Below, in pieces: positions 1 through 10,213 of a DNA stretch of 64,000 nt. Below the pieces are notes generated by a model. It was not told the origin of the DNA and made no database searches. It worked only from the letters and a program-made list of their open reading frames with translations. Source of the DNA: Alphaproteobacteria bacterium (GTDB taxonomy: Bacteria > Pseudomonadota > Alphaproteobacteria > GCA-2731375); NCBI GenBank assembly GCA_965232515.1, contig CBDDPY010000002.1:704001-768000 (forward strand). The letters run 5' to 3'. A program made the position numbers and the translations under genes. How positions within the stretch are numbered: the first letter of the stretch is position 1; every line of letters starts with the position of its first letter.

Positions 1-1
1 C

Positions 2-910
2 GGCGCCGATGTACATTCGCGCACCTCCGGCGTGACCGACCACTACGCCGTTAACGACCATCATGCGCTGTCGATCGCCCGCGATATCGTCGCCGATCTG
101 AACCGGCCGAAGCATCATTCGCTGGAGGTCCGACCGCCGGCGCCGCCGGCCTATGACCCGTCCGAGCTCTACGGGATACTGCCGGATGACGTGCGCATTC
201 CCTACGACGTGCACGAGGTGATCGCCCGCATCGTCGACGGAAGCGACTTCGATGAATTCAAGAAGCTGTACGGCCAGACGCTTGTGTGCGGCTTCGCGCA
301 TATCTGGGGCTATCCCGTCGGCATCCTCGCCAACAATGGCATCCTGTTCTCGGAGTCGGCGGTGAAGGGCGCGCACTTCATCGAGCTCTGCAGTCAGCGC
401 GGCATCCCGCTGCTGTTCCTGCAGAACATCAGCGGCTTCATGGTCGGCAAGAAGTACGAAGCCGGCGGCATCGCCAAGGACGGCGCCAAGCTCGTTACCG
501 CGGTCAGCACCACGTCGGTGCCGAAATTCACCGTCGTCATCGGCGGTTCTTATGGCGCCGGCAACTACGGCATGTGCGGCCGCGCCTACGGCCCGCGGAT
601 GCTCTGGATGTGGCCAAGTGCGCGTTTGGCGCTGATGGGCGCCGAACAGGCGGCGGGGGTGCTGGCGACCGTGCGCCGCGCCAACATCGAGGGCCGCGGC
701 GAGACTTGGAGCGACGAGGCCGAGGCCGAATTCAAACAGCCGATCATCGACCAGTTCGAATCCCAAAGCTCGCCTTACTTCGCCAGCTCGCGCCTCTGGG
801 ATGACGGCATTATCGATCCGGCGGAAACGCGAAACGTGCTGGGGCTGGCCATCTCGGCCGCATTGAACGCGCCGATCGAGCCGACGCGGTTCGGCGTCTT
901 CCGCATGTAG
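2..910 (+). CDS. mccB: Methylcrotonoyl-CoA carboxylase beta (carboxyltransferase) subunit, 5'-truncated by window
   Basis: Frame is open from base 2 ([16 protein letters not shown]); motifs [36 protein letters not shown]; ends FGVFRM. Confidence 0.92.
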   Translation, partial: GADVHSRTSGVTDHYAVNDHHALSIARDIVADLNRPKHHSLEVRPPAPPAYDPSELYGILPDDVRIPYDVHEVIARIVDGSDFDEFKKLYGQTLVCGFAHIWGYPVGILANNGILFSESAVKGAHFIELCSQRGIPLLFLQNISGFMVGKKYEAGGIAKDGAKLVTAVSTTSVPKFTVVIGGSYGAGNYGMCGRAYGPRMLWMWPSARLALMGAEQAAGVLATVRRANIEGRGETWSDEAEAEFKQPIIDQFESQSSPYFASSRLWDDGIIDPAETRNVLGLAISAALNAPIEPTRFGVFRM

Positions 911-963
911 AAGAAGCGGTAAGCAAATGAGCGACAAAACCGCCCTGAGGGGGAATTGATAGC

Positions 964-2988
964 GTGTTCGGCAAGATCCTGATCGCGAACCGGGGCGAGA
1001 TCGCCTGCCGCATCATCCAGACCGCGCGTCGGCTTGGGGTGCGCACGGTTGCCGTCTATTCGGAGGCCGATGCGCGGGCGCGGCACGTGGCACTAGCCGA
1101 TGAGGCCGTGCTTATCGGTCCGGCAGCGGCGCGGGAGAGCTATCTCGTTGCCGAGAAGATCCTCGACGCGGCGGCTCGCACGGGCGCCGAGGGTGTGCAT
1201 CCGGGTTACGGGTTTCTTTCGGAGAACGCCGCGTTCGCGCAAGCCTGCGCCGACGCCGGCCTGACCTTCATCGGGCCGCCGGCCGATGCGATCCGCGCCA
1301 TGGGCGAGAAGGCCGCGGCGAAGGCGATCATGGAGAAGGCGGACGTACCGGTCGTGCCGGGCTATCACGGCGACGATCAGGACGATGCGCGTCTCGCCGG
1401 CGCCGCCAACGACGTCGGCTATCCGGTGCTGATCAAGGCGGTTGCCGGCGGCGGCGGCAAAGGCATGCGACAGGTGGATGGGGCCGACAAGTTCGAGGCC
1501 GCCCTGAAGAGCGCACGACGCGAGGCCAAGGCCGCGTTCGGCGACGACAAGGTGTTGATCGAACGCTACCTCTCGAAGCCGCGTCACGTCGAAATCCAGG
1601 TCTTCGCCGACAGCCAAGGCAATGCCGTGCACCTGTTCGAACGCGACTGCTCGGTGCAGCGTCGGCACCAGAAGGTGCTGGAGGAAGCGCCGGCGCCCGA
1701 CATGCGGCCGGAGATGCGGCGCACCATGGGCGAGGCGGCCGTCGCCGCGGCGAAGGCCATCGGCTATGTCGGCGCCGGCACGGTCGAGTTTATCTGCGAT
1801 GTCACCAACGGCCTGTCTGAAGACGCGTTCTTCTTCATGGAAATGAACACGCGGCTGCAGGTCGAGCATCCCGTCACCGAACTCATCACCGGCCAGGACT
1901 TGGTCGAATGGCAACTGCGGGTCGCCACCGGCGAACCGCTGCCCCTGGCCCAGGATGACATCGTCATCGACGGCCATGCGATCGAAGCGCGGATCTATGC
2001 CGAAGACCCGCAGAAGAAGTTTTTCCCGTCAACTGGCACGCTGAAGCGTCTGCGGCCGCCGGCAGAAGACCCGCATCTGCGCATCGATACCGGTGTTGTC
2101 GAAGGCGACGAGGTCTCGATCCACTACGATCCCATGATCGCCAAATTGATCGCCTGGGACCGGGACCGCAATGCCGCCCTGCGGCGGCTGCGGGCCGGTC
2201 TGGAGGCCTATGAGATCGCCGGCGTCACCACCAATGTCGCGTTCCTCGCCGCCGTGGCGGCGCATCCGGCCTTCGTCGCCGGCGATCTGGATACCGGCTT
2301 CATCGACCGGCACAGCGCGGACCTGATTGCCGACCGGGGTCCGGTGCCGGACCGGTTCCTGGCGATCGCCTGCATGGACGTCTTGTTACGGCGGAATCGC
2401 GCTGCCCAGGAAGAACGTCAGGCGACGGCAGATCCGCATTCGCCGTGGTCGCACCTCGTCGGCTGGCGCCTGAACGACGAAGGCCACGACGATCTGCAGT
2501 TCATCGATGGTGAACAGGAGCACCGGGTGCTCGTGCACTACCGATCGGATGGCGGTTACGTCTTGGACCTGCCCGGCGGCTCGGTACAGGCAAATGGCGT
2601 GCTGGGCGAGGATGGCGAGCTGACCGTCGATCTTGACGGCCTGCGGCTTTCCGCCGCCGTCGTACACCAGGGCATGGAGATGACCGTGCTGGCCGGCGGT
2701 GTCAGCCATCGCCTGACCCGGCACGATCCCATGGCCGACGTCGCCGAGATCGATGTCGAGGAGAGCGGGCAGGTCAGCGCGCCGCTGCCGGGCAAGATCG
2801 TCCAAGTGCTGGTCGAGCAAGGCGCCAACGTGAAGAAGGGCGCGGCGCTGCTGGTCCTCGAGGCCATGAAGATGGAGCACATGATCGCCGCGCCCGCCGA
2901 CGGCGTCGTGGAGCGGGTCAATTTCGGCGAGGGCGATCAGGTCGAGGAGGGCGCCGTACTGATCGCCTTCGAAGCGGCCGGTGCCTGA
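964..2988 (+). CDS. mccA: Methylcrotonoyl-CoA carboxylase alpha subunit (biotin carboxylase + BCCP)
   Basis: KILIANRGEIA, HPGYGFLSEN, ERDCSVQRRHQK, EMNTRLQVEHPVTE, biotinyl motif EAMKM; follows mccB. Confidence 0.9.
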   Translation: MFGKILIANRGEIACRIIQTARRLGVRTVAVYSEADARARHVALADEAVLIGPAAARESYLVAEKILDAAARTGAEGVHPGYGFLSENAAFAQACADAGLTFIGPPADAIRAMGEKAAAKAIMEKADVPVVPGYHGDDQDDARLAGAANDVGYPVLIKAVAGGGGKGMRQVDGADKFEAALKSARREAKAAFGDDKVLIERYLSKPRHVEIQVFADSQGNAVHLFERDCSVQRRHQKVLEEAPAPDMRPEMRRTMGEAAVAAAKAIGYVGAGTVEFICDVTNGLSEDAFFFMEMNTRLQVEHPVTELITGQDLVEWQLRVATGEPLPLAQDDIVIDGHAIEARIYAEDPQKKFFPSTGTLKRLRPPAEDPHLRIDTGVVEGDEVSIHYDPMIAKLIAWDRDRNAALRRLRAGLEAYEIAGVTTNVAFLAAVAAHPAFVAGDLDTGFIDRHSADLIADRGPVPDRFLAIACMDVLLRRNRAAQEERQATADPHSPWSHLVGWRLNDEGHDDLQFIDGEQEHRVLVHYRSDGGYVLDLPGGSVQANGVLGEDGELTVDLDGLRLSAAVVHQGMEMTVLAGGVSHRLTRHDPMADVAEIDVEESGQVSAPLPGKIVQVLVEQGANVKKGAALLVLEAMKMEHMIAAPADGVVERVNFGEGDQVEEGAVLIAFEAAGA

Positions 2989-4405
2989 TGCTTCCAGCGG
3001 TCTGAGCCGGCAGTCCGGGTTCATGGGGGCCTTTCGCGTTTCGCACGCGATCGCCGTGCTTGTCGTCCTAGCCGGTGGCCTGCTCGCGCTTTATCCGCCG
3101 GCTGCCATGTCTCCTGAAATGGCGCGGGCCACCGGCCTCGGCATTGCCACAGTCGGTCTGCTGGCAACGGCCGCGTTGCCAGAACATGTCACGGCGATCC
3201 TGTTCTTTCTCTTTGCCGTCCTGTTCGCGGTGGCGCCGCCGGAAATCATCTTTGCCGGCTTTCATTCCTCCGCCTTCTGGCTGGTCTTCGGCGGCCTGAT
3301 CATCGGCCTCGGTGTGCGCCGGACCGGTCTCGCCGAACGCCTTGCCCACGCTATCGCGCGCGGCCTCGGCACCAGCTATGCCGCCATCATCGGCGGCATG
3401 GTGGCGATCGGCGTCGCGCTCGCCTTCCTGATGCCGTCGACCATGGCGCGCGTCCTGCTGCTGTTGCCGATCGTGATGGCCATGGCGGAAGGCTTCGGCT
3501 TCCAGCCCGGCTCGAAGGGGCGCGCCGGCATGGTGCTGGCGGCGAGCTTCGGCACCATGCTGCCGGCTTTCACCATCCTGCCGGCGGCTTTGCCGGCCGT
3601 GATCATGGCCGGCACCAGCGAGACGCTTTACGGCATCGCGCCGATCTACGGCAATTTCCTGTTGCTGCACTTCCCGGTGCTCGGTTTCCTGAAGGCCGTC
3701 ACCATCGCCGTGATGATCGTGCTGCTGTTTCCGGATACGCCGTCAGTTGCGGGCAAGAGCATTGAAAAGCCGAAGCGGATGCGGCGCGACGAACGGATCA
3801 TGTCGCTGCTTCTGGCGCTGGCGCTGGCCCTCTGGGTGACGGACTTCCTGCATCACGTGTCGCCGGCCTGGGTTGCGCTCGGCGTGGCGTCGATCCTGTT
3901 GTTGCCGGCCGTCGGACTGGTGCCGGCGCAAGCGTTCAGTGAAAAGGTCAACTACGGCTCGCTGTTCTACGTCGCGGGCGTTCTGGGGCTGGGCGCGCTT
4001 CTGAATTACAGCGGGACCGGCGAGCTGCTGGCGCGGGCGGCGCTCGACGTGGTTGCGCTCGAACCCGGCGACACGGCCAAAACCTTCGGTTTCGTCGCCG
4101 GCCTCGGCGCGCTGATCGCCATGGTCGCGACCCAGCCGGCGGTGCCGATCATCATGACGCCGCTCAGTCAGACCATCGCCGATGCCGCGGCCCTGCCGAT
4201 CGAAACCGTGCTGATGATGCAGGTGGTCGGATTCTCGACCGTCGTGCTGCCTTATCAGACGCCGCCATTGGTCGTGGCCATGCAGGTCGGCAACGTGCCG
4301 ATGTCGCAGGGCAACAAGCTCTGCCTCGCCGTGCTGGCGGTCACCATCTTTCTGTTGATCCCGCTGGATTTTGTCTGGTGGTGGGTGCTCGGCCGGTTTG
4401 GCTGA
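2981..4405 (+). CDS. SLC13/DASS family anion permease
   Basis: About 12 hydrophobic segments, LMPSTMAR and LPYQTPP hairpin-like motifs; start uncertain (ATG near 3023 possible). Confidence 0.75.
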   Translation: MPDASSGLSRQSGFMGAFRVSHAIAVLVVLAGGLLALYPPAAMSPEMARATGLGIATVGLLATAALPEHVTAILFFLFAVLFAVAPPEIIFAGFHSSAFWLVFGGLIIGLGVRRTGLAERLAHAIARGLGTSYAAIIGGMVAIGVALAFLMPSTMARVLLLLPIVMAMAEGFGFQPGSKGRAGMVLAASFGTMLPAFTILPAALPAVIMAGTSETLYGIAPIYGNFLLLHFPVLGFLKAVTIAVMIVLLFPDTPSVAGKSIEKPKRMRRDERIMSLLLALALALWVTDFLHHVSPAWVALGVASILLLPAVGLVPAQAFSEKVNYGSLFYVAGVLGLGALLNYSGTGELLARAALDVVALEPGDTAKTFGFVAGLGALIAMVATQPAVPIIMTPLSQTIADAAALPIETVLMMQVVGFSTVVLPYQTPPLVVAMQVGNVPMSQGNKLCLAVLAVTIFLLIPLDFVWWWVLGRFG

Positions 4406-4432
4406 GCCGGCGGATGCGATAGGTTTCGAAGC

Positions 4433-4870
4433 ATGGCCTTACATATTCTGAAGATGTGCGTCGGCGTCGACGAAGTCGAGCAACTGGTCGAATGGCAAGC
4501 CCGACGGCGCGAGGAATATGCCGCGCGCGGCGAGGAGCCGGTGAACCGGCATTACACCCGACACGTGCCAAGACGGGCCACCGAGATCGAGGACGGCGGG
4601 TCGCTCTACTGGATCATGAAAGGCTTCGTGCGCGCGCGGCAGCGGATCATCCGGATCGACGTGCTGCGGGATCTGGTCGACGGCAAGCGCTGCGCCTTTG
4701 TCCTGGGTCCCGAACTCGTGCGCACAGAACTGCAGGCGCGTCGGCCGCATCAGGGCTGGCGATATCTTGAACCGAAGGACGCGCCGGCAGACCTGCCGGT
4801 CAGTAGTTATCGCGACGATGCGCTGCCGCCGGAGATGGCGGCCGAGCTGCGGCAGCTCGGCCTGATCTGA
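4433..4870 (+). CDS. DUF1489 family protein
   Basis: LHILKMCVG, GGSLYWIMKG, HQGWRYL..DAPADL and LPPEMAAELRQLGLI family motifs. Confidence 0.85.
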   Translation: MALHILKMCVGVDEVEQLVEWQARRREEYAARGEEPVNRHYTRHVPRRATEIEDGGSLYWIMKGFVRARQRIIRIDVLRDLVDGKRCAFVLGPELVRTELQARRPHQGWRYLEPKDAPADLPVSSYRDDALPPEMAAELRQLGLI

Positions 4871-5947
4871 TCAGACGACCTTGCGCAAGCTGGGGCGCCG
4901 CTGGGCGGCCGCGCGGGCGCCGGCGAGACGCTCCTCGGCCAGACGGTCGGCCATGACGTTGGTCGTCACGCCCTCGCGGTCGGCGCGCTCGAACAGGTTC
5001 GACAGCGTGTCGAAAATGCCGGCGCAGTGGTCGAAGGCCTTGGCCTTATCGTAGTTCGCGCCTTCGTAGGCGATATTGATGATCCCGCCGGCATTGATCA
5101 CGTAGTCCGGCGCATAGAGGATCCCGCGCTCACGCAGCGCTGCTCCGTGCCGGTCCTCGGCCAGCTGGTTGTTGGCCGAACCGGCCACAACCGTCACTTT
5201 CAGCCGCGGCAGCGTCTCGTCGTTGATGACCGCGCCCAGCGCGTTCGGCGCGAACACATCGGCCTCGGCGTCATAGATGTGATCGACATCGACCGCCTCG
5301 GCGCCGAAATCGGCTTTCGCCTGGGAGATCCGGGCCTGGTCGATATCCGTCACGATCAGCTTGGCGCCCGATTTGTGCAAATGCTCGGCGACATGCCAGC
5401 CGACGTGCCCCAGACCCTGCACCGCGACCTTGACGCCGGCGAGATCGTTCTTGCCCAACTTGTGTCGCACGGCCGCGCGAATGCCGTGGAACACGCCCCA
5501 GGCCGTCGCCGGTGAAGGGTCGCCGCTGCCGCCCTCGGCAATGCCGACGACATGCCGTGTCGTGCGCCGCGTATGCTCCAGATCCGCCGGCGAAATGCCC
5601 ACATCTTCGGCCGTAATGTACCGCCCGCCGAGACTATCCACGAACCGCCCGAACGCCTCGAAAAGCGCCGGGCTTTTTTCTGTTTTCGCGTTGCCGATGA
5701 TCACCGCCTTGCCGCCGCCCCAGTTCAGCCCTGCCAGCGCGGACTTATAGGTCATGCCGCGGGAGAGGCGGAGGACGTCGTTGAGGGCCTCGTCGTCGGT
5801 GGCGTAGTTCCACATGCGGCAGCCGCCGAGTGCCGATCCCAAAGTGGTGTCGTGGATGGCGATGATTGCCTTCAATCCAGATGCAGTATCGTTGCAGAAA
5901 ACGACCTGTTCGTGGTTGCGGAACGCGGGCGAGGCGAACACCGACAT
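4871..5947 (-). CDS. ldh: Leu/Phe/Val dehydrogenase
   Basis: AIHDTTLGSALGGCRM, LSRGMTYK, GGGK, TAEDVG, VQGLGHVG, GSANNQL, PDYVINAGG. Confidence 0.92.
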   Translation of the reverse strand: MSVFASPAFRNHEQVVFCNDTASGLKAIIAIHDTTLGSALGGCRMWNYATDDEALNDVLRLSRGMTYKSALAGLNWGGGKAVIIGNAKTEKSPALFEAFGRFVDSLGGRYITAEDVGISPADLEHTRRTTRHVVGIAEGGSGDPSPATAWGVFHGIRAAVRHKLGKNDLAGVKVAVQGLGHVGWHVAEHLHKSGAKLIVTDIDQARISQAKADFGAEAVDVDHIYDAEADVFAPNALGAVINDETLPRLKVTVVAGSANNQLAEDRHGAALRERGILYAPDYVINAGGIINIAYEGANYDKAKAFDHCAGIFDTLSNLFERADREGVTTNVMADRLAEERLAGARAAAQRRPSLRKVV

Positions 5948-6150
5948 GGCGCGAAGTCTCCTGATTTCAGCCTTTTTTGCTGACCTAGAGATTGCGCAGT
6001 TTGTCTTAACTTACAATGACTTACATCACGTCTCTGAAAGAAAGACGTATTCTTGCTTGGCACGCCGACGGCCGGGTTCGTTTCATGCGACGACGCGATG
6101 CGGATGCGCAACGAAACGCCGATGGGTCAGTCCGTTTGACGTGTTAGCAG

Positions 6151-6166
6151 GTGCAATATATTGCAC
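6151..6166. promoter_or_regulatory. Perfect 16-bp palindrome GTGCAATATATTGCAC, candidate operator upstream of ldh
   Basis: Read directly; lies in the AT-rich intergenic region 5948-6185. Confidence 0.4.
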
Positions 6167-6185
6167 AAAATTCGCATGCCATGAT

Positions 6186-7355
6186 TCATATCGCCAGATC
6201 GCCGGCGATCGCTTTTTCGTAGAGCGGCACGTAGTCGCGCGCGGTGACGGCCCGCGGATTCGTCGTCGTCAGGATATCGGCCTCGGCCTCGTCGGCGAGC
6301 TGTGGCACCGCATCCGTCGGCACGCCGAGGTCGGCGAGCGTGTGCGGAATGCCGAGGTCGCGGCGGAGCGCCAGCACCCACTCGAGGACGGCGTCGAACG
6401 ACGCCTCGGCCAGACCGAGATAGCGCGCGAGCACGGCCATCTTGTCCGCAATCTCCGGCCGGTTATAGAGCAGCACGTAGGGCATGACGACGGCGTTGGT
6501 CAGGCCGTGGTGGGTGTCGTAGTGGGCCGAGACGGGATGGCTCATGGCGTGCATGGCGCCGAGACCTTTCTGGAAGGCGACGGCACCCATGCTGGCCGCC
6601 ACGAGCATGTGAGCACGGCCCTCGATATGGCTGCCGTCCTTGACCACGACAGGCAGCCATTCATCGATCAGCCGCATGCCCTCGAGCGCGATGCCGGTCG
6701 ACATCGGGTGATAGAAATGCGTCGAGTAGGCCTCGAGGCAGTGACTGAGCGCGTCCATGCCGACGGCCGCGGTGATCTCAGGCGGCAAGCCGACGGTGAG
6801 CGCGGGGTCCGAGATCACGATTGGCGGCAGCATGCGTGGATGGAAGATCAGGCGTTTGATCTGCGCCTTCTCGTCGGTGACCACGGCCGACCGACCCACT
6901 TCCGAGCCGGTGCCGGCGGTCGTCGGCACCGCGATGAGCGGCGCCATGCCGTCGACGTTGACGCGCTTCCAGTTGTCGCCCTCGTCGACGAAGTCCCATA
7001 GCGGCCGATCCTGACCAACCATCAGCGCGATGTTCTTGGCCGCGTCCAGCGCGCTGCCGCCGCCGAAGGCGATGACGCCGTCATGCCCGCCGGCCTTGAA
7101 GGCGGCGACGCCGTCATAGACGTTGCTCTCGACCGGGTTGCCCTGCACTTCGGCGAACAAGGTTGTCGGCAGGCCGGCGGCGTTGTTCGCGTCGATGGCC
7201 GAATGCACGATCTCGGCCTGCGCCAGACCCCGGTCAGTGACGAACAAAGGGCGGCTCATGCCCAGCTCGCGGCAGGCGTTGGCCAGCTCGGCAATACGGC
7301 CCGCGCCGAAACGCACGGACGTCGGATAGCTCCAGTCGGCTCGCAGATCGGTCAT
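6186..7355 (-). CDS. Iron-containing alcohol dehydrogenase
   Basis: FGGGSALD, PTTAGTGSE, GMDALSH, GAMHAMSH, HHG metal ligands. Confidence 0.92.
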   Translation of the reverse strand: MTDLRADWSYPTSVRFGAGRIAELANACRELGMSRPLFVTDRGLAQAEIVHSAIDANNAAGLPTTLFAEVQGNPVESNVYDGVAAFKAGGHDGVIAFGGGSALDAAKNIALMVGQDRPLWDFVDEGDNWKRVNVDGMAPLIAVPTTAGTGSEVGRSAVVTDEKAQIKRLIFHPRMLPPIVISDPALTVGLPPEITAAVGMDALSHCLEAYSTHFYHPMSTGIALEGMRLIDEWLPVVVKDGSHIEGRAHMLVAASMGAVAFQKGLGAMHAMSHPVSAHYDTHHGLTNAVVMPYVLLYNRPEIADKMAVLARYLGLAEASFDAVLEWVLALRRDLGIPHTLADLGVPTDAVPQLADEAEADILTTTNPRAVTARDYVPLYEKAIAGDLAI

Positions 7356-7397
7356 CCGCCAGATTCCTTGTTGATGATATTGAGCGGGGAGGGGCGC

Positions 7398-8789
7398 TTA
7401 GCGTCCGGTGCGAAGATGAAACGACTTCGGCCGCGTCAGGTGCTCGTAGCCCAGGCGCGACAGCGTGCAGCCGCGACCACTGTCCTTGACGCCGGTCCAG
7501 GCCAGCGCCGGATCGAGATAGTCGCATCGGTTCATGAACCAGGTGCCGGTTTCGACCTGCGTGCCGACGGCAATGGCGGCATCCTCGTCCTGCGACCAGA
7601 TCGAGGCGGTCAACCCGAAGTCGCTATCGTTCATCAGGGCGACGGCCTCGTCGTCGTCGTCCACCTTCATGATGCCAATGGCCGGGCCGAAGGTCTCGTC
7701 CCGCATGATCTGCATGTCGTGCGCGACGCCGGTCAGCACCTGCGGAGCGAGATACGGCGAGCCGTCGACCGCCGCCGGAAACAGAGCAGGATCGATCAGC
7801 GCCTTGGCGCCCCTGGCAACGGCGTCCGCGATCTGGCCGCGTACATGCTCGGCGGCCGAGGCCCGTACGAGCGGACCGAGGCTCACATCCTTGTCGAGGG
7901 GGTTGCCCAGGCGATACTGCTTTGCCGCCTCGACCACGCCCTCGACGATGTCGTCGTAAACGTCGGCATGCGCGTAGATACGTTCGATGGCGCAGCAGGA
8001 TTGGCCACTGTTGTAGAACGCGCCGTCGGCGAGGTTCTCGACCGTCGACGCCAGATCGCAGTCCGGCCGCACGTAGGCCGGGTCCTTGCCGCCAAGCTCC
8101 AGGCCGACGCCGATGAAGCGTTCGGCCGCGGCGCGCTGAATAGCGCGGCCGCCGGCGACGGAGCCTGTAAAGGCGACATAGGCGATCCGCGGATCGCGGA
8201 TCAGGCCCTCGGTGTCGGCGTGGCTGAGCGTCAGATCCTGGAACACGCCATCCGGCAGTCCGGCTTTCGCGAACGCTTCGTTGAAACGTTCGGCGCAGAG
8301 CGGCGTTTGCGCCGAGTGCTTCAGCAATACGGCATTGCCGGCCATGATCGCCGGGACAACGGAATTGACGGCGATCAGGTAGGGGTAGTTCCAGGCCGCA
8401 ATGGTCAGCACGACGCCGAGCGGCTCGCGGCGAATGAAGCGGTTGAAGCCCGCTTTTTCGCCGGCGTCGATATCGGCCAGGGCGTCACCGGCGATCTCGA
8501 CCATATGATAGGCGCGTTCTTCGAAGCCGCGTAGTTCGTTCGGATTCTGCCCGATCGGCCGGCCCATCTGCCAAGTCAGTTCCTCGCAGACCGCGTCCGC
8601 GCTGGCCAGCATGACCGTCACGAAGCGGCGGCAGATCGCCGCGCGTTCGCGGATCGGCGTCAGCTTCCATTCGGCCTGCGCCCGGCTCGCCCGCTCCAGC
8701 GCCGCGGCGATCTGCGCCGGCGCCGCGAGCGGCCGTTCGGCATAAATCGACCCGTCGACCGGACTCACGACTTGCAGGATGCTCTTCAT
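7398..8789 (-). CDS. NAD(P)-dependent aldehyde dehydrogenase
   Basis: AWNYP, FTGS, LELGGKDP, NSGQSC, ETFGP. Confidence 0.92.
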   Translation of the reverse strand: MKSILQVVSPVDGSIYAERPLAAPAQIAAALERASRAQAEWKLTPIRERAAICRRFVTVMLASADAVCEELTWQMGRPIGQNPNELRGFEERAYHMVEIAGDALADIDAGEKAGFNRFIRREPLGVVLTIAAWNYPYLIAVNSVVPAIMAGNAVLLKHSAQTPLCAERFNEAFAKAGLPDGVFQDLTLSHADTEGLIRDPRIAYVAFTGSVAGGRAIQRAAAERFIGVGLELGGKDPAYVRPDCDLASTVENLADGAFYNSGQSCCAIERIYAHADVYDDIVEGVVEAAKQYRLGNPLDKDVSLGPLVRASAAEHVRGQIADAVARGAKALIDPALFPAAVDGSPYLAPQVLTGVAHDMQIMRDETFGPAIGIMKVDDDDEAVALMNDSDFGLTASIWSQDEDAAIAVGTQVETGTWFMNRCDYLDPALAWTGVKDSGRGCTLSRLGYEHLTRPKSFHLRTGR

Positions 8790-8802
8790 GCGACCGCCGT
8801 CC

Positions 8803-10179
8803 TCAGATGATCTCGAAGTAGCGTTTCAGCTCCCAATCGGTGATCGCGCGCCGGAACTCGCGCTCTTCCCATTCGCGGGTCGCCGCGAAGTGATCCACGA
8901 AGGCATCGCCGAACAGATCGCGCGCCGCCTTCGACCGCTTCAGGCGTTGCGCCGCATCCCATAGCGTGCGCGGCAAGTCAAGTTTGCTCGGCGTCTTGTG
9001 GTCGTAGGCATTGCCGGCGATGGGCGCGCCCGGTTCGATCTTGTGCTCAATGCCATAAAGACCCGCGCCGAAGGCGGCCGCGAGCGCCAGATAGGGATTG
9101 GCGTCGGCGGCGCCGATCCGGTACTCGACCCGCAAGGCTTCAGGCGGCCCAGTGACGACACGCAGCGCGCAGGTGCGGTTGTCGACGCCCCAGGTCGCCG
9201 CCGTGGGCGCCCAGAAGCCCGGGATCAGCCGGGTGTAGCTGTTGACCGTCGGCGCAATCATGGCCAGAAGCTGGGGCATCAATTGCTGCTGGCCGCCGAT
9301 GAAATGGCGCATGGCCGTACTCATGCCGTGATCGCCCTTGGCGGCCGCGAAGACCGGTTTGCCGCCACGTTTCGCGCGGAGCGACATATGGATATGTCCG
9401 CTCTGGCCGGGGTAGTCCGGCGACCATTTCGCCATGAAGGTCGCCATCAGGCCGTTTTTTTGCGCCAATACCTTGCTGAAGGTCTTGAACAGGGCGGCCT
9501 TGTCGGCGGCGGCGACCATGTCGTCCTTGTCGATCGCCGCCTCCATGACCCCGGGCCCGGTCTCGGTGTGCAGGCCTTCGAGGGGAAAGTCCATGGCCTT
9601 GGCAGTCGACAGCAGTTGCTCGTGAAATTCCGTCCACACGGTCGCGCGCAAGACCGAATAGCCGAAGTTGCCGGGACTGATCGGGGTCAGATCCTGGAAG
9701 CGTTTTTCGTTCGCCGTATGCGGCGTTTCGTCGAACAGGAAGAATTCGTACTCCAGGGCGGCGAGCGTGTCGAAGCCCATCCCATCGGCTTTCGCGGCGA
9801 TGCGCCGCAGCAGTCCGCGTGGGCAGATCTCTTCGGTCGTGCCTGCGAACTCGCCCAGGAACATCAGACCCTTGCCGTCGAACTCGAACGGCAGCTCGCG
9901 GCAGGAATCCGGAATGATCCGCACCTCGGCATCGGGATAACCGGTGTGCCACCCGGTGTGGGTCACATTGTCGTAGAGCTGATCGTTGCTGTCCCAGCCG
10001 ACCACGACATCGCAGAAGCCGAAGCCCTTCGACAGGGCGGAGAGAAACTTCTCCCGCGCCATGAACTTGCCGCGCAAGATACCGTCATAGTCGAAGACCC
10101 CGACCTTGATATGGTCGAGATCCCGTTCCTGGACGATGCGGCGCGCATCCGCCGCCGTTCGGACCTTGGCCGCCTCCAT
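8803..10179 (-). CDS. Glutamine synthetase-like gamma-glutamyl ligase
   Basis: GILRGK, EYEFF, HTETGPGVME, TFMAKW, SGHIHMS, NSYTR, WGVDNR, RVEYR, DANPY; GS-like subfamily rather than GlnA1. Confidence 0.88.
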   Translation of the reverse strand: MEAAKVRTAADARRIVQERDLDHIKVGVFDYDGILRGKFMAREKFLSALSKGFGFCDVVVGWDSNDQLYDNVTHTGWHTGYPDAEVRIIPDSCRELPFEFDGKGLMFLGEFAGTTEEICPRGLLRRIAAKADGMGFDTLAALEYEFFLFDETPHTANEKRFQDLTPISPGNFGYSVLRATVWTEFHEQLLSTAKAMDFPLEGLHTETGPGVMEAAIDKDDMVAAADKAALFKTFSKVLAQKNGLMATFMAKWSPDYPGQSGHIHMSLRAKRGGKPVFAAAKGDHGMSTAMRHFIGGQQQLMPQLLAMIAPTVNSYTRLIPGFWAPTAATWGVDNRTCALRVVTGPPEALRVEYRIGAADANPYLALAAAFGAGLYGIEHKIEPGAPIAGNAYDHKTPSKLDLPRTLWDAAQRLKRSKAARDLFGDAFVDHFAATREWEEREFRRAITDWELKRYFEII

Positions 10180-10213
10180 CTCGTTCCGCCTCCCAGCCCT
10201 TTGCGGGCTTCTT

